Source of the DNA: a virus
Lineage: Duplodnaviria > Heunggongvirae > Uroviricota > Caudoviricetes
Virus record (IMG/VR): IMGVR_UViG_3300037119_002976
Location: 1 to 64,000 of that record
Reading direction: 5' to 3' (one strand)
DNA length: 64,000 bases
Positions 16,044 through 25,091 of the stretch are shown here, piece after piece (the first letter of the stretch is position 1; each line of letters opens with the position of its first letter). Made by a program: the position numbers and the translations under genes. The notes under the pieces were generated by a model. That model was not told the origin of the DNA, made no database searches, and saw nothing but the letters and a program-made list of their open reading frames with translations.

Positions 16044-16633
16044 GCAGCAACCTGCGCCTCTACAACTCGGACGACGTTTGCAAGGACGGCTACCCGTTCG
16101 CCTGGCACAACGAGCACTGGCACGACGATCGTCGCTACCCGCCGATCAAGGACATGATCAGGGAGCTGAACGGACATCGCTGCGAACGCTGCGGGCATCC
16201 GTACAAGAAGGGCAATCCGGCGATCTCGGCCGGTGGTCAGTGGTCACCGTGCGACGCGGAATGCACTCACGGTGGACCTGGGCGCACCATCGAAGTCTTG
16301 GCAAAGAGTCCGCCGATCTACCGGCCCAGTGACGACATTCCAATCATCGAAGCTCAGTGGCGCATCCTTACCGTCCATCACCTGAACGGCATCAAGTGGG
16401 ACTGCCGTTGGTGGAACCTCGCCGCTCTCTGCCAGCGCTGTCACCTGACGGTCCAGGGCCGCGTTGTCATGGAGCGCGTCTGGGTCTGGGAGCACACCGA
16501 GTGGTTCAAGCCGCACGCCGCTGGCTGGTACGCCTTCGACTATCTCGGCGAAGAGCTCACCCGCGAGGAGACGATGGAGCGAATGGAAGAACTGCTCGCA
16601 CTGGAACGCGGCGGAGAGATCGGACCCTGCTGA
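16040..16633 (+). CDS. HNH homing endonuclease (197 aa)
   Basis: GTGA overlap start; zinc-finger pairs ERCGHPYKK / C..C; HNH core TVHHLNGIKWDCRWWNLAALCQRCH. Confidence 0.65.
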   Translation: MSSNLRLYNSDDVCKDGYPFAWHNEHWHDDRRYPPIKDMIRELNGHRCERCGHPYKKGNPAISAGGQWSPCDAECTHGGPGRTIEVLAKSPPIYRPSDDIPIIEAQWRILTVHHLNGIKWDCRWWNLAALCQRCHLTVQGRVVMERVWVWEHTEWFKPHAAGWYAFDYLGEELTREETMERMEELLALERGGEIGPC

Positions 16634-16824
16634 TGGAGCGCTCACGCGATGCTGCTCGACGCAAGAGGGAACAAGCGTTTCGCAAGCGCGAGAAGGAGCG
16701 CCTGGCGCGTGAGGCTCGTGAGGCTCGTTGCGCCGTCTGCGGTTTGGAGGTAACGATTGAGGATCGCTGCAATGACGGTCTCTACCTGCACCGGGAGTGC
16801 GCCTATGCCGAGTCCTCGCGATAA
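16633..16824 (+). CDS. small zinc-binding protein (63 aa)
   Basis: ATG 16633 overlaps the upstream TGA; CAVCG...C..C. Confidence 0.4.
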   Translation: MERSRDAARRKREQAFRKREKERLAREAREARCAVCGLEVTIEDRCNDGLYLHRECAYAESSR

Positions 16825-17020
16825 GACCCGCGAAGAGATCCTCTACGAGGAGATGTTCGGACGCCCGCCGTCCCGACTCCCCGATGATCACCCTGATGCG
16901 TGGCAGTGGGAGTACCGCGGGGGCAAGAAGGAGTACGAGGAGCTGCAGCTGAAGCTCGGTCTCGTGAAGGACGACGGCGGGCCCGTCAAGATCGACGGCC
17001 AGGAGGAGCTGTTCGGATGA
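16805..17020 (+). CDS. hypothetical protein (71 aa); start uncertain
   Basis: ATG 16805 (alternatives 16772 and 16853); TGA 17018-17020 inside the ATGA overlap with the next gene. Confidence 0.35.
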   Translation: MPSPRDKTREEILYEEMFGRPPSRLPDDHPDAWQWEYRGGKKEYEELQLKLGLVKDDGGPVKIDGQEELFG

Positions 17021-17724
17021 GCCTGGACATCCTCTACCTCTCGCGCAACCGACGCGAGTTCACCGAGTTCACGTTCTCGAAGCTCGTCGAGAACACGAAC
17101 TGGGGTCTCGCCGATCGTCTGATTGTCTACGACGACTCGTCGACTGACGGTGCCCTCGAGGAAATCCGATCTCGGATTGAAGACGTGCCCGTGCAGTACG
17201 AGATCCGCGAGCACGACATGGGCTCGCCGGTCGCCGTGATGAACGACTACATCGCGTCAACCGAGTCCGAGCGCTTCGCGAAGATCGACAACGACCTCGT
17301 CGTACCGCCAGCGTGGCTCGATCACATGGTCGACGTGATGAACGAAGACGAGAATCTCGTCCTGCTGGGGATGGAGAGCCCGTTCATGGGGCCGCCACAT
17401 CTCGACTGGGATGGCACCTATACATGGACGCCCTGGAAGCACATCGGCGGCGTGGGGCTCATGCGCACCGACTTCTTCCGGCAGACCGGGCCGATGGACG
17501 TCGACGGCTACCACGGCTTCACCGGACACCAGTGGAAGTACGGTCCTCGGCGCGGCTGGATCACTCCTGACCTCATGGTCTGCCTGCTCGATCGGGCTCC
17601 GGTTGAACCCTGGCAATCGCTGTCGGAGGAGTACGCGAAGCGCAACTGGCAGCGGCGCTGGAGGACGATGCCGGTCGAGTACTCCTGCTACTGGGACTGG
17701 TTCACCGAACAGGAGGCCGCATGA
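17017..17724 (+). CDS. glycosyltransferase family 2 (235 aa)
   Basis: ATGA overlap start; classic GT2 N-terminus LDILYLSRNRREFTEFTFSKLVENT...LIVYDDSSTDG; acidic motif DNDLVVPP. Confidence 0.75.
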   Translation: MSLDILYLSRNRREFTEFTFSKLVENTNWGLADRLIVYDDSSTDGALEEIRSRIEDVPVQYEIREHDMGSPVAVMNDYIASTESERFAKIDNDLVVPPAWLDHMVDVMNEDENLVLLGMESPFMGPPHLDWDGTYTWTPWKHIGGVGLMRTDFFRQTGPMDVDGYHGFTGHQWKYGPRRGWITPDLMVCLLDRAPVEPWQSLSEEYAKRNWQRRWRTMPVEYSCYWDWFTEQEAA

Positions 17725-18116
17725 GTGAAGTTTCCAAACCACACAAGGATCGCCGCGCCGAGGCGTGGTCACGGATCGACACAACCAAGACGGAGGACAT
17801 GGTGCCGTCGTCCGAACTTCGTGGCTGGCTGGTCGAGTACGTCAGCCTCTTTGAGCAGCTGGAGGCTCAGGAGGGTGCGCTCAAGATGATGGTCATGGCC
17901 GCTGATCTGATCCTGGCGCAGCAGCCAACCCCGGTTTCGGGTGACAGTAACGCGATGGTCGTGGACATCAAGGCGGGGCTGTATGCGCTAGGGCGTGCTG
18001 TCAAGCCTGCTCGCGCCCTGCTCGCCTCGAATCCAGCTAGTGAACCGGAGCGTCCGCGTCCGAGATTCCCGTTGTTCTCAAGCGGCGAATCGAACACAGA
18101 GTCGGAGTCGGCGTGA
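17721..18116 (+). CDS. hypothetical protein (131 aa)
   Basis: ATGA overlap start; helical; TGA 18114-18116 overlaps the next GTG. Confidence 0.5.
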   Translation: MSEVSKPHKDRRAEAWSRIDTTKTEDMVPSSELRGWLVEYVSLFEQLEAQEGALKMMVMAADLILAQQPTPVSGDSNAMVVDIKAGLYALGRAVKPARALLASNPASEPERPRPRFPLFSSGESNTESESA

Positions 18117-18859
18117 GACTCGTGGCTTCGATGATCGTGAAGGACGAGATGAAGCGCTACCTCCCGCTGGCGGTAGACCACCTCCTCACCTACGTCGACG
18201 AGATCCGCGTCCTCGATGACAGCTCAACCGACGGCACCTACGAGTACCTCGAAGCGAAGGACGGGGTGAACGTCATGCGCAACCCTGGGCCCGCCTTCTT
18301 CGAGCACGAGGGGAAGGCCCGGCAGTACCTCTACAAGTGGACGCTGCAGGGACTCCCGGACTACGTCCTGGCGATCGACGCCGACGAGTTCGTGACCGAT
18401 CCGACGTACCTGCGTGCCGCGATGGAGCAGGGCGCACCCGTCTACACGCTCTCCCTCGTCGAGGCCTGGGCGGTGTCGAACCGTGGCATCGACATCCGGG
18501 TCGACGGTCTCTGGGGACCGCGCAAGATCCCGATCCTCTACCAGATCATCCGGCAATCTCGAAACTGGCGGATCGCGCAGAAGCAGCTCGCCTGCGGGCG
18601 CGAGCCGGAGCAGGTCATCCAACGAGCTCGTCGCGCAACTGCCTCGGGCTCCTCGGTCATCCACTTCGGATGGGCGAACGAGGCCGAGCGCACCGTGCGG
18701 GCACAGCGCTACTACGACCACGACCAGGGCAAGTTCCATCAGAACCGTCACCTGCAGTCGATCCTCTGGGCAGACCGGCGGGTTCGGATGCGGCGCCTTC
18801 CCTGGCCGCCGAGCTTCGCCGAGCTCGAGGCCGGGCTCACGGCCGCTTCTCAGTCCTGA
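18113..18859 (+). CDS. glycosyltransferase family 2 (248 aa)
   Basis: GTGA overlap start; SMIVKDE...IRVLDDSSTDGT; DxD motif LAIDADEFV. Confidence 0.75.
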   Translation: MRLVASMIVKDEMKRYLPLAVDHLLTYVDEIRVLDDSSTDGTYEYLEAKDGVNVMRNPGPAFFEHEGKARQYLYKWTLQGLPDYVLAIDADEFVTDPTYLRAAMEQGAPVYTLSLVEAWAVSNRGIDIRVDGLWGPRKIPILYQIIRQSRNWRIAQKQLACGREPEQVIQRARRATASGSSVIHFGWANEAERTVRAQRYYDHDQGKFHQNRHLQSILWADRRVRMRRLPWPPSFAELEAGLTAASQS

Positions 18860-18901
18860 GAAGATCTACTCCGGCCGATCGCGGCGGTAGCCTCCGGCCA
18901 A

Positions 18902-19099
18902 GTGCCGAAGCCAAAGCCGGACAAGAAGGACGTTGCGGTGGTGTACGTCTACAACAGCCCGATGGGTTTTCGATACACCTGTCGCAACGACGAGGGCACG
19001 GTGATCTGGGACTCGATGACGACGTTTCGCTCGCGCTTCGATGCTCGCAAGGCGATCACGAAGGCTTGGCCCGATGCGAGAGTGACGTTCGAGGCGTGA
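18902..19099 (+). CDS. hypothetical protein (65 aa)
   Basis: GTG 18902; TGA 19097-19099 overlaps the next GTG. Confidence 0.4.
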   Translation: MPKPKPDKKDVAVVYVYNSPMGFRYTCRNDEGTVIWDSMTTFRSRFDARKAITKAWPDARVTFEA

Positions 19100-19434
19100 G
19101 CTCCCCCGGCTGGTACGGACTCTTGCTCGTCGGTGTCGCTGCGTGGCGCACGTTCCAGCTGCTCGCCCACGACGACATCCTTGACCGTCCTCGCCGCTGG
19201 GTTCTCCGGATGGGCTCGGAGTGGCAGAAGCAGGGCGATCCGGTGCCCGACGACTACCGCCTGAAGCCAGCGCTCTTCCTCGTTTGCCCGTACTGCGCGG
19301 GCTTCTGGATTGGCCTGGGGTGGTGGATCGCGTGGCAGATCTCACCCTTCTGGACGCAGGTATTCGCCGTTCCTTTCGTGATCAACGCGATCGTCGTCGG
19401 TGGATCGAAGATCCTGGGCAAGGACGACGAATAA
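19096..19434 (+). CDS. membrane protein (112 aa)
   Basis: GTGA overlap start; at least 3 predicted TM helices (GWYGLLLVGVAAW, LFLVCPYCAGFWIGLGWWIAW, VFAVPFVINAIVVG). Confidence 0.5.
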   Translation: MSSPGWYGLLLVGVAAWRTFQLLAHDDILDRPRRWVLRMGSEWQKQGDPVPDDYRLKPALFLVCPYCAGFWIGLGWWIAWQISPFWTQVFAVPFVINAIVVGGSKILGKDDE

Positions 19435-19469
19435 GGATGTCGTCCGCAGCCTCCCCCTAAGATTCGCTC

Positions 19470-19697
19470 GTGCCATGCGGGTGCGGTAAGAACGTCCCCC
19501 AACTCTCGGCTGAAGAAGTGGCCGCTCGTGCGGAGCGTCAGCAGATCGCCAGAGAGCAGCAGCTTGCGATGCGTGCGGAGCGCATCGCGGCGCGGGAGAA
19601 GAAGCGTGAGGCATCGGAGCAGCTCCGGCGCGAACGCCGTGAACGTCTGCTCCAGGTTCGTGCGGAGCGTGCAGCCGTGAACAGGCAGCAGCCCTAG
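19470..19697 (+). CDS. hypothetical Arg/Glu-rich protein (75 aa)
   Basis: GTG 19470; coiled-coil composition; TAG 19695-19697 overlaps the portal GTG. Confidence 0.4.
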   Translation: MPCGCGKNVPQLSAEEVAARAERQQIAREQQLAMRAERIAAREKKREASEQLRRERRERLLQVRAERAAVNRQQP

Positions 19698-21598
19698 TGG
19701 CAGTACCTCTTCGTCTCATCCCGCAGCGCCCACGCAGCGTCACCGCGTCCGCGGTGAAGATGACGCCGAAGACGACCTCGACGTTCCGCACGCGCAAGGG
19801 GCAGGCCTGGCAGAAGAAAGCGTTCCTCTTCTCCAAGATCATCCCCGAGCTCAACTACGCCTCGCGCTTCTACGCGAAGATGCTCACGAGGCTGCGCATC
19901 TACCCCGCCTTCCGCAATCCCTCGGACGAGACGACGCCGATCACCGAGGGCCCGCCGGTCGATCTTCTCGATCGCATCCAGGACCCCGGCGGGGGTCGCT
20001 CCGGGCTCCTCTCGTCGTACGGCCGGCTCATGTTCATCATCGGCGAGGGCTACCTCTTCGGTCGTGACCTCGACAAGCCGACCGAGCGCTGGGCCTTCGT
20101 CAACACCGAGGAGATCTCCTTCGACGGCAAGGCGATCCTGTGGACGCCGACGTCGTCGGCCGAGCCCATCCGCTTCTCACCGTCGCAGGCCGAGGCGTAC
20201 AGGATGTGGAATCCGGATCCCGAGTTCTCCGGCGAGGCCGAGTCTCCGATGCGGGCGATCATCGAGATCGCGCAGGAGCTCGACATCCTCACCAAGGCCG
20301 TCGCCTCGACGGCCGTCTCGCGCATGGTCAACGGCATCCTCAAGGTTCCGGCCGAGCTGTCCTTCGGCTCCGAGGAGCCCGGTATCGACGAAGACCCCGA
20401 GGCGAACCCGTTCCTGGCCGACTGGATCGAGCACATCATCGGGATCATCGAGAACGCCGGTTCCCCCGAAGCAGGGGCACCGTTCCTGGCCGAGGGAGCT
20501 CTGGAGTATCTCGCCGGCCTCGAGTGGATGAAGACCCATGATCCGGCGACGGACTACATGGAGCAGGCGATGCGCCGGGAGGCGATCGACCGTGCCGCGA
20601 TGGGCATGGACCTTCCACCGGAGATCCTCAAGGGCATGGCCGAGGCGAACCACTGGGGCGCTCGCCAGATCATGCACGACACCTGGCGCTCCCACGGCGC
20701 CGTCGTCGCCGAGCAGTTCTGCGACGACCTCGCCGATGCGTACCTGCGCCCCGCCCTGCGGGATGCGGGCTTCGATCGCTGGCGCGAAGTGGTAGTCGCC
20801 TACGACGACTCGAACGTCGTTGTTCCTCCCGACCGTACCGACGATGCCGACAAGGCTCACGATCGCGGTCAGGTGAACGATCCGGGCTATCGCACGATGA
20901 AGGGCATCCCGGAGTCGATGGCTCCCTCCGAAGAGGAGATGCGGATCAATCTCGCCATCCAGCTGCACGAGCCAGCCCTTCTGAAGGGCACGCGCTTCGA
21001 GATCGAGGAGCCGGAGCCCGCAGCGTTGCCGCCCGGCCCCGTCCCGACGACCGACGCGCCGCAGGATGCCGAGGAAGGGCCGCCAGCGCCGGGACCAGCC
21101 GGAACGTCTCGTCAGGAGTCTCGCGCCTCGATCGTCCAGGTCAACGGCGCCGCTTCCCTCGCGCTCATTCGTTGCCGCGAAGTCGCCGGCGCGAAGATCC
21201 GTCAGGGGATCCGCACCAAGTCACGCGGGGCGGTAGAGCTGGGGATGATCGACGGGATTCCGAACGCCGACGTCGCCTGCACTCTCGGCGAGGACCGGAT
21301 CAGGGCTCTTGGTCTTCCGCAGCCACTCGAGCTCGTTAAGTCGGGCACCGACGGCTTCTGCTCGCTGCTTCGTTCCTGGGACTTCGACGACCCTGGCGCA
21401 CGGGTGCTCGCGGAAATGCTCCTTGTGTTCGCAGCGAAGTCGCTGTATGACAAGGAAGTCCCGAAGCTGCCAGCTGGGTTCCTCGCCCAGGTGGAACGCC
21501 TGAAGGAACTGACCGAGGAGAAGATCGTGAGTCAGAACAACGATTCCCTGGCGATCATGGAGGAGATGCTCGGTGGCGTCAGGATCAAGGGAGGCTGA
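19697..21598 (+). CDS. portal protein (633 aa)
   Basis: Size, position downstream of terminase and sequence character match portal proteins, with an acidic C-terminal tail. GTG 19697 overlaps the upstream TAG; ATG 19760 is an alternative start. Confidence 0.75.
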   Translation: MAVPLRLIPQRPRSVTASAVKMTPKTTSTFRTRKGQAWQKKAFLFSKIIPELNYASRFYAKMLTRLRIYPAFRNPSDETTPITEGPPVDLLDRIQDPGGGRSGLLSSYGRLMFIIGEGYLFGRDLDKPTERWAFVNTEEISFDGKAILWTPTSSAEPIRFSPSQAEAYRMWNPDPEFSGEAESPMRAIIEIAQELDILTKAVASTAVSRMVNGILKVPAELSFGSEEPGIDEDPEANPFLADWIEHIIGIIENAGSPEAGAPFLAEGALEYLAGLEWMKTHDPATDYMEQAMRREAIDRAAMGMDLPPEILKGMAEANHWGARQIMHDTWRSHGAVVAEQFCDDLADAYLRPALRDAGFDRWREVVVAYDDSNVVVPPDRTDDADKAHDRGQVNDPGYRTMKGIPESMAPSEEEMRINLAIQLHEPALLKGTRFEIEEPEPAALPPGPVPTTDAPQDAEEGPPAPGPAGTSRQESRASIVQVNGAASLALIRCREVAGAKIRQGIRTKSRGAVELGMIDGIPNADVACTLGEDRIRALGLPQPLELVKSGTDGFCSLLRSWDFDDPGARVLAEMLLVFAAKSLYDKEVPKLPAGFLAQVERLKELTEEKIVSQNNDSLAIMEEMLGGVRIKGG

Positions 21599-21599
21599 A

Positions 21600-23147
21600 A
21601 TGGCCGTCGACACCAACAAGCTCTGGTACTTCACCGGACCATCCGACTGGACTCCTAACCTCATGTCCATGAACGCCGCCACGGGTCCGGTAATCGCTGA
21701 GGTCAGTTCTGCGTTCCTCGAAGAGGTGAAGGAGGAGCTGGAGAAGCGCATCGAGGATCCTGGGGTGGCTTCAGCAACGGTGTCGTCCAAGTTTGCCGTC
21801 GCTGCCGAAGAGCAGGTCGAAGCGCCCGAAGAGGGCGGCGCGATCTGGGAGGGGCTCCTCGCGATGGAGGGCGAGCCCACCAGCGATCGCCGCTACCTCA
21901 TGCCGGGCGAGATCAGCCATCGCGAGCTTCCGCTGTCGCTGATGGTGATGACCGTCACCGACGAGGGTCACAAGGGCGCGCAGCTCGGCGGGAAGATCAC
22001 CGAGATCTGGCGCGTCGAACGCGACGACGGTGTCACCGAGATCTGGGGCCGTGGCCCCTTCGACTCGTCCGACTTCGGCCGCGAGGCCGCCCGTCTCGTC
22101 TCCGAAGAGTTCCTGACCGGCGTCTCCATCGACCTCGCCGTCTCGGAGGTGCTCACGCTCGATCCCGATACGTTCGAGCCGATCGACCAGGAGGCGCTGG
22201 GACTCGAGGAGCTGCTGGCCGCCGACTTCCTCACGGGAGTCAAGGGCTCGATCATGGGAGCGACGCTCGTTCCCTTCGCCGCCTTCGAGGACACTCGCGT
22301 CACGGTCGTCACCGCGAGCGCGATGACCGTCGTCGAGGGAGCCAAGTGGGTGAACGATCAGGCCGAGCAGTTCGCGGCTCTGGTCGCGGCCGCGGGCCCG
22401 GTCAAGCCGCCGAAGAAGTGGTTCGAGGATCCGCTGCTCACCGAGCTCACGCCGCTCACGATCACGAAGGACGGTCGCGTCTACGGACACCTGGCCGACT
22501 GGGACGGCTGTCACACCGGCTTCCAGGGAGTGTGCGTTCCGCCCTTCCGCTCGTACACGAACTACGCCTACTTCAACGTCGGCGAGATCGAGACAGACGT
22601 CGGTGAGTGCATGCCGTGCGGGAAGATCATGTTCTGCATGGAGGGCAACGGGCACGCCTCGACTGACGAAGGAATGGGGATCGAGGATGTCCAGCGCTAC
22701 TACGACGATGCGACCAAGGTCGGCGCGTTCGTCCGCGCAGGGGCCGATCGCTTCGGGACATGGCTCGCCGGCGCTCTTCGTCCAGGACTGAACGATCTCG
22801 AAGTCCAGCATCTGCGCACGCATCCACCGTCCGGCGACTGGCGCCCGATCAAGGGTGGCCCGTCCGAGCTCGTGGCTGCCTTCTCGGTGCCGATCCCTGG
22901 CTTCCCGATCTCGCGTGGACGCGCACTCGTGGCGTCCGCTGGCGGCGACATCACGGCGATCATCTCTGCGCCGCTCGTCGTCTCCGGAGACATGGGCTAC
23001 AAGCGGCGTCGGCGCAAGAAGATCATGCTCGGGATGCGCCTGCACAACGCGCTCGGGGAGCGGCCTACGCCGAAGGCAGCCATCCGCCAGGCACGGATGA
23101 AGGAGCTTGCAGATTCAGGTAGTGGTCCAAGCTCACCCGTCGCGTAG
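21600..23147 (+). CDS. putative prohead (capsid maturation) protease / head morphogenesis protein (515 aa)
   Basis: RBS AGGGAGG 5 nt before ATG 21600; sits immediately after the portal; basic C-terminus KRRRRKK. Function assigned by synteny only. Confidence 0.55.
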   Translation: MAVDTNKLWYFTGPSDWTPNLMSMNAATGPVIAEVSSAFLEEVKEELEKRIEDPGVASATVSSKFAVAAEEQVEAPEEGGAIWEGLLAMEGEPTSDRRYLMPGEISHRELPLSLMVMTVTDEGHKGAQLGGKITEIWRVERDDGVTEIWGRGPFDSSDFGREAARLVSEEFLTGVSIDLAVSEVLTLDPDTFEPIDQEALGLEELLAADFLTGVKGSIMGATLVPFAAFEDTRVTVVTASAMTVVEGAKWVNDQAEQFAALVAAAGPVKPPKKWFEDPLLTELTPLTITKDGRVYGHLADWDGCHTGFQGVCVPPFRSYTNYAYFNVGEIETDVGECMPCGKIMFCMEGNGHASTDEGMGIEDVQRYYDDATKVGAFVRAGADRFGTWLAGALRPGLNDLEVQHLRTHPPSGDWRPIKGGPSELVAAFSVPIPGFPISRGRALVASAGGDITAIISAPLVVSGDMGYKRRRRKKIMLGMRLHNALGERPTPKAAIRQARMKELADSGSGPSSPVA

Positions 23148-23760
23148 CGAGCTTCACCCGCCCCTCATAGAGAGCCTCGCGCCGTTGCCGGTCGAGCTCT
23201 CGCTGCACTCGTCGAACCCTCCGAACCCGTGGGCTGGATACAAACTCGCGTTGCAGCGTGGAGTCGAACTTCCAACGGAAGCCACCCATCTGTTGGTTCT
23301 TCAGGACGACGTCATCGTCTGCGCCGACTTCCCGCTGGCGGTAACCGCGGCGATCGAGGAGCGCCCCGAGCAGGTCTTGAGCCTGTGGGTCGGCGCTCTC
23401 CCCGGCCGCACGCGCAAGGACTTCTGGATCGCCCAGGGGAAGCGAGAGCGCTGGTCACGGGTGTATTTCCGCGACATCTGTCACGTCGTCGGCCTCGTCT
23501 GGCCGCGCCCCCTCGCTGAAGACTTCCTCGAGTGGACGTCAGATCATCGTCTGCCTGGTGACTGCCGCCAGGTTCAGAGTGACGATGCCATCGTCGGAGC
23601 CTGGATGCGCCGAACGCATCAGACCGTTTGGGCTTGCGTGCCTTCTCTGGTCGAGCACAACGACGACGTCGAATCGACGATTGGGCGGCCAAGAGGTGAC
23701 AAGGGCCGGAGAGCGATCGCGTTCATCGACTCCCCAGCCCCTGAGTCACAGCTGACCTGA
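23107..23760 (+). CDS. hypothetical protein, possible GT-A-like glycosyltransferase (213-217 aa); start uncertain
   Basis: TTG 23107 or GTG 23122, overlapping the protease 3' end; THLLVLQDDVIVCADF resembles a GT-A acidic motif; TGA 23758-23760. Confidence 0.4.
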   Translation: MQIQVVVQAHPSRSELHPPLIESLAPLPVELSLHSSNPPNPWAGYKLALQRGVELPTEATHLLVLQDDVIVCADFPLAVTAAIEERPEQVLSLWVGALPGRTRKDFWIAQGKRERWSRVYFRDICHVVGLVWPRPLAEDFLEWTSDHRLPGDCRQVQSDDAIVGAWMRRTHQTVWACVPSLVEHNDDVESTIGRPRGDKGRRAIAFIDSPAPESQLT

Positions 23761-24242
23761 CCCAACCGCACCAGGCCCAGCCATAGCCGGTCGTGCCATT
23801 CCAGACCCCAGCAGAACTAGCCTTGCCCGACCGAGCCATGCCCAACCCAGCCCTGCCTTGCCGAACCTCACCTCACCGCACACCACCAGACCGCAGCGCA
23901 GCTCACCTGAGCGCGCCCACGCCAGAACGAACCAGAACCCGGCTCACCTCATCACGCCTGACCCTGCCGGACCGTACCCGTCCTTGCCCCAGCCGAGCTC
24001 GCCCAGCCAAGCCGAACCACAGCGCACCGAATGCGACCGCGCCGCGCCCGGCCAGACCACAGCGTGCCTAACCGAACCCTTGCATAACCGACCGCGCCAT
24101 ACCCCACCAGGCCTCACCTCAGCCCACCGTATCCGACCCTGTCGTACCAGGACCCGCCTTGCCGGACCCGACCCCGACCCACCGGAGCTTGGCCCACCCT
24201 GCCTCGACCAACCCGGCCATGCCACGTCCTACCGGGGCGGAT

Positions 24243-24880
24243 TCACGCTTCCTTCGTGGTGAAGGAAACAACTGCGAAACGCCCGTACGTCGGCCGCATG
24301 TCGGCCAAGCCGATCACGCGACCCGCGAGCGTCAGGATGTCAAGGAAGTCCATCGGCGCCACGTACTCGGGCAGCAGCACTGAGAAGTCGAACGTCGCCT
24401 TCCAGCCAGCATTGAAGGCAGGCCGACGACGTGTGATCCCCGCTCTCTGGACGGTGACACGGCGTGCGTCGATGAAGTCCCAGTTCGCCTTGCCGAGCGA
24501 TGCCAGCTCGGTGAGCGGTGCGATCGCCGCCTTGTAGAGATCCATCGCCGACTTCCGCGGGGAGCGCGGGTCCTGCCGGAACTTCGCAGCGTTGATCATC
24601 GCGCCGTGGACGTAGACACCGGGGATTGCGATCTTCCCCTTCTCATCGCGGTAGACGTAGCTCTCCACGTCGTCCGTCTTCTTGGCGGTGCTGCCCTTCT
24701 TCGCCGCGGCCTTCGCATCTACGGACTCTGTGTTCCATCGGTGCCAGAGGATGGGCGTCACTCCCTCGAGCGTGAACGTGCAGACGAACGGATACTCGTA
24801 TGCGATCAAGCCATCTGCGCCGGGGCTTACTCCGGCGAGAACTTCCGACTGACCATTGCGTGAGCGGGCCGTCGTAGCCA
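24243..24880 (-). CDS. hypothetical protein (212 aa); only reverse-strand gene inside the head module
   Basis: Reverse-strand ATG at 24880 with RBS GGAGGAAGG 6 nt upstream; stop at 24243-24245. It is the 3' end of the long antisense ORF 24243-26930, whose remainder is a GC artefact over the capsid gene. Confidence 0.55.
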
Positions 24881-24970
24881 TGAAGTACCTTCCTCTCCGC
24901 CGGGGCGCTTTTGTCTGAAGGGGCGAGGTGCCCCGGCACCTCTCGCTGGACGTTATCACTGCTTCGGTAG

Positions 24971-24999
24971 TTGACGCCGTCCGACGACCTGCGTACTCT
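24971..24999 (+). promoter_or_regulatory. candidate sigma-70-type promoter for the capsid gene (TTGACG-17 nt-TACTCT)
   Basis: -35 TTGACG at 24971-24976, a 17 nt spacer and -10 TACTCT at 24994-24999, about 90 nt upstream of capsid ATG 25092 and its RBS AGGAG. Confidence 0.4.
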
Positions 25000-25091
25000 C
25001 CTCTCACCTCGGTTACCGCATAGCGGTTCTGAGCCAGCGGAGCTCCATAGGACTCCGACGCCACTGGTGTCGAGTCAGAAGGAGATCCGAA

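Noticed and set aside
18852-18870. Short shared 9-mer CTGAGAAGA at 10341-10349 and 18857-18865, considered as a repeated regulatory motif
   Set aside because: Only two copies are present and both partly overlap gene ends. This is too short to distinguish from chance.
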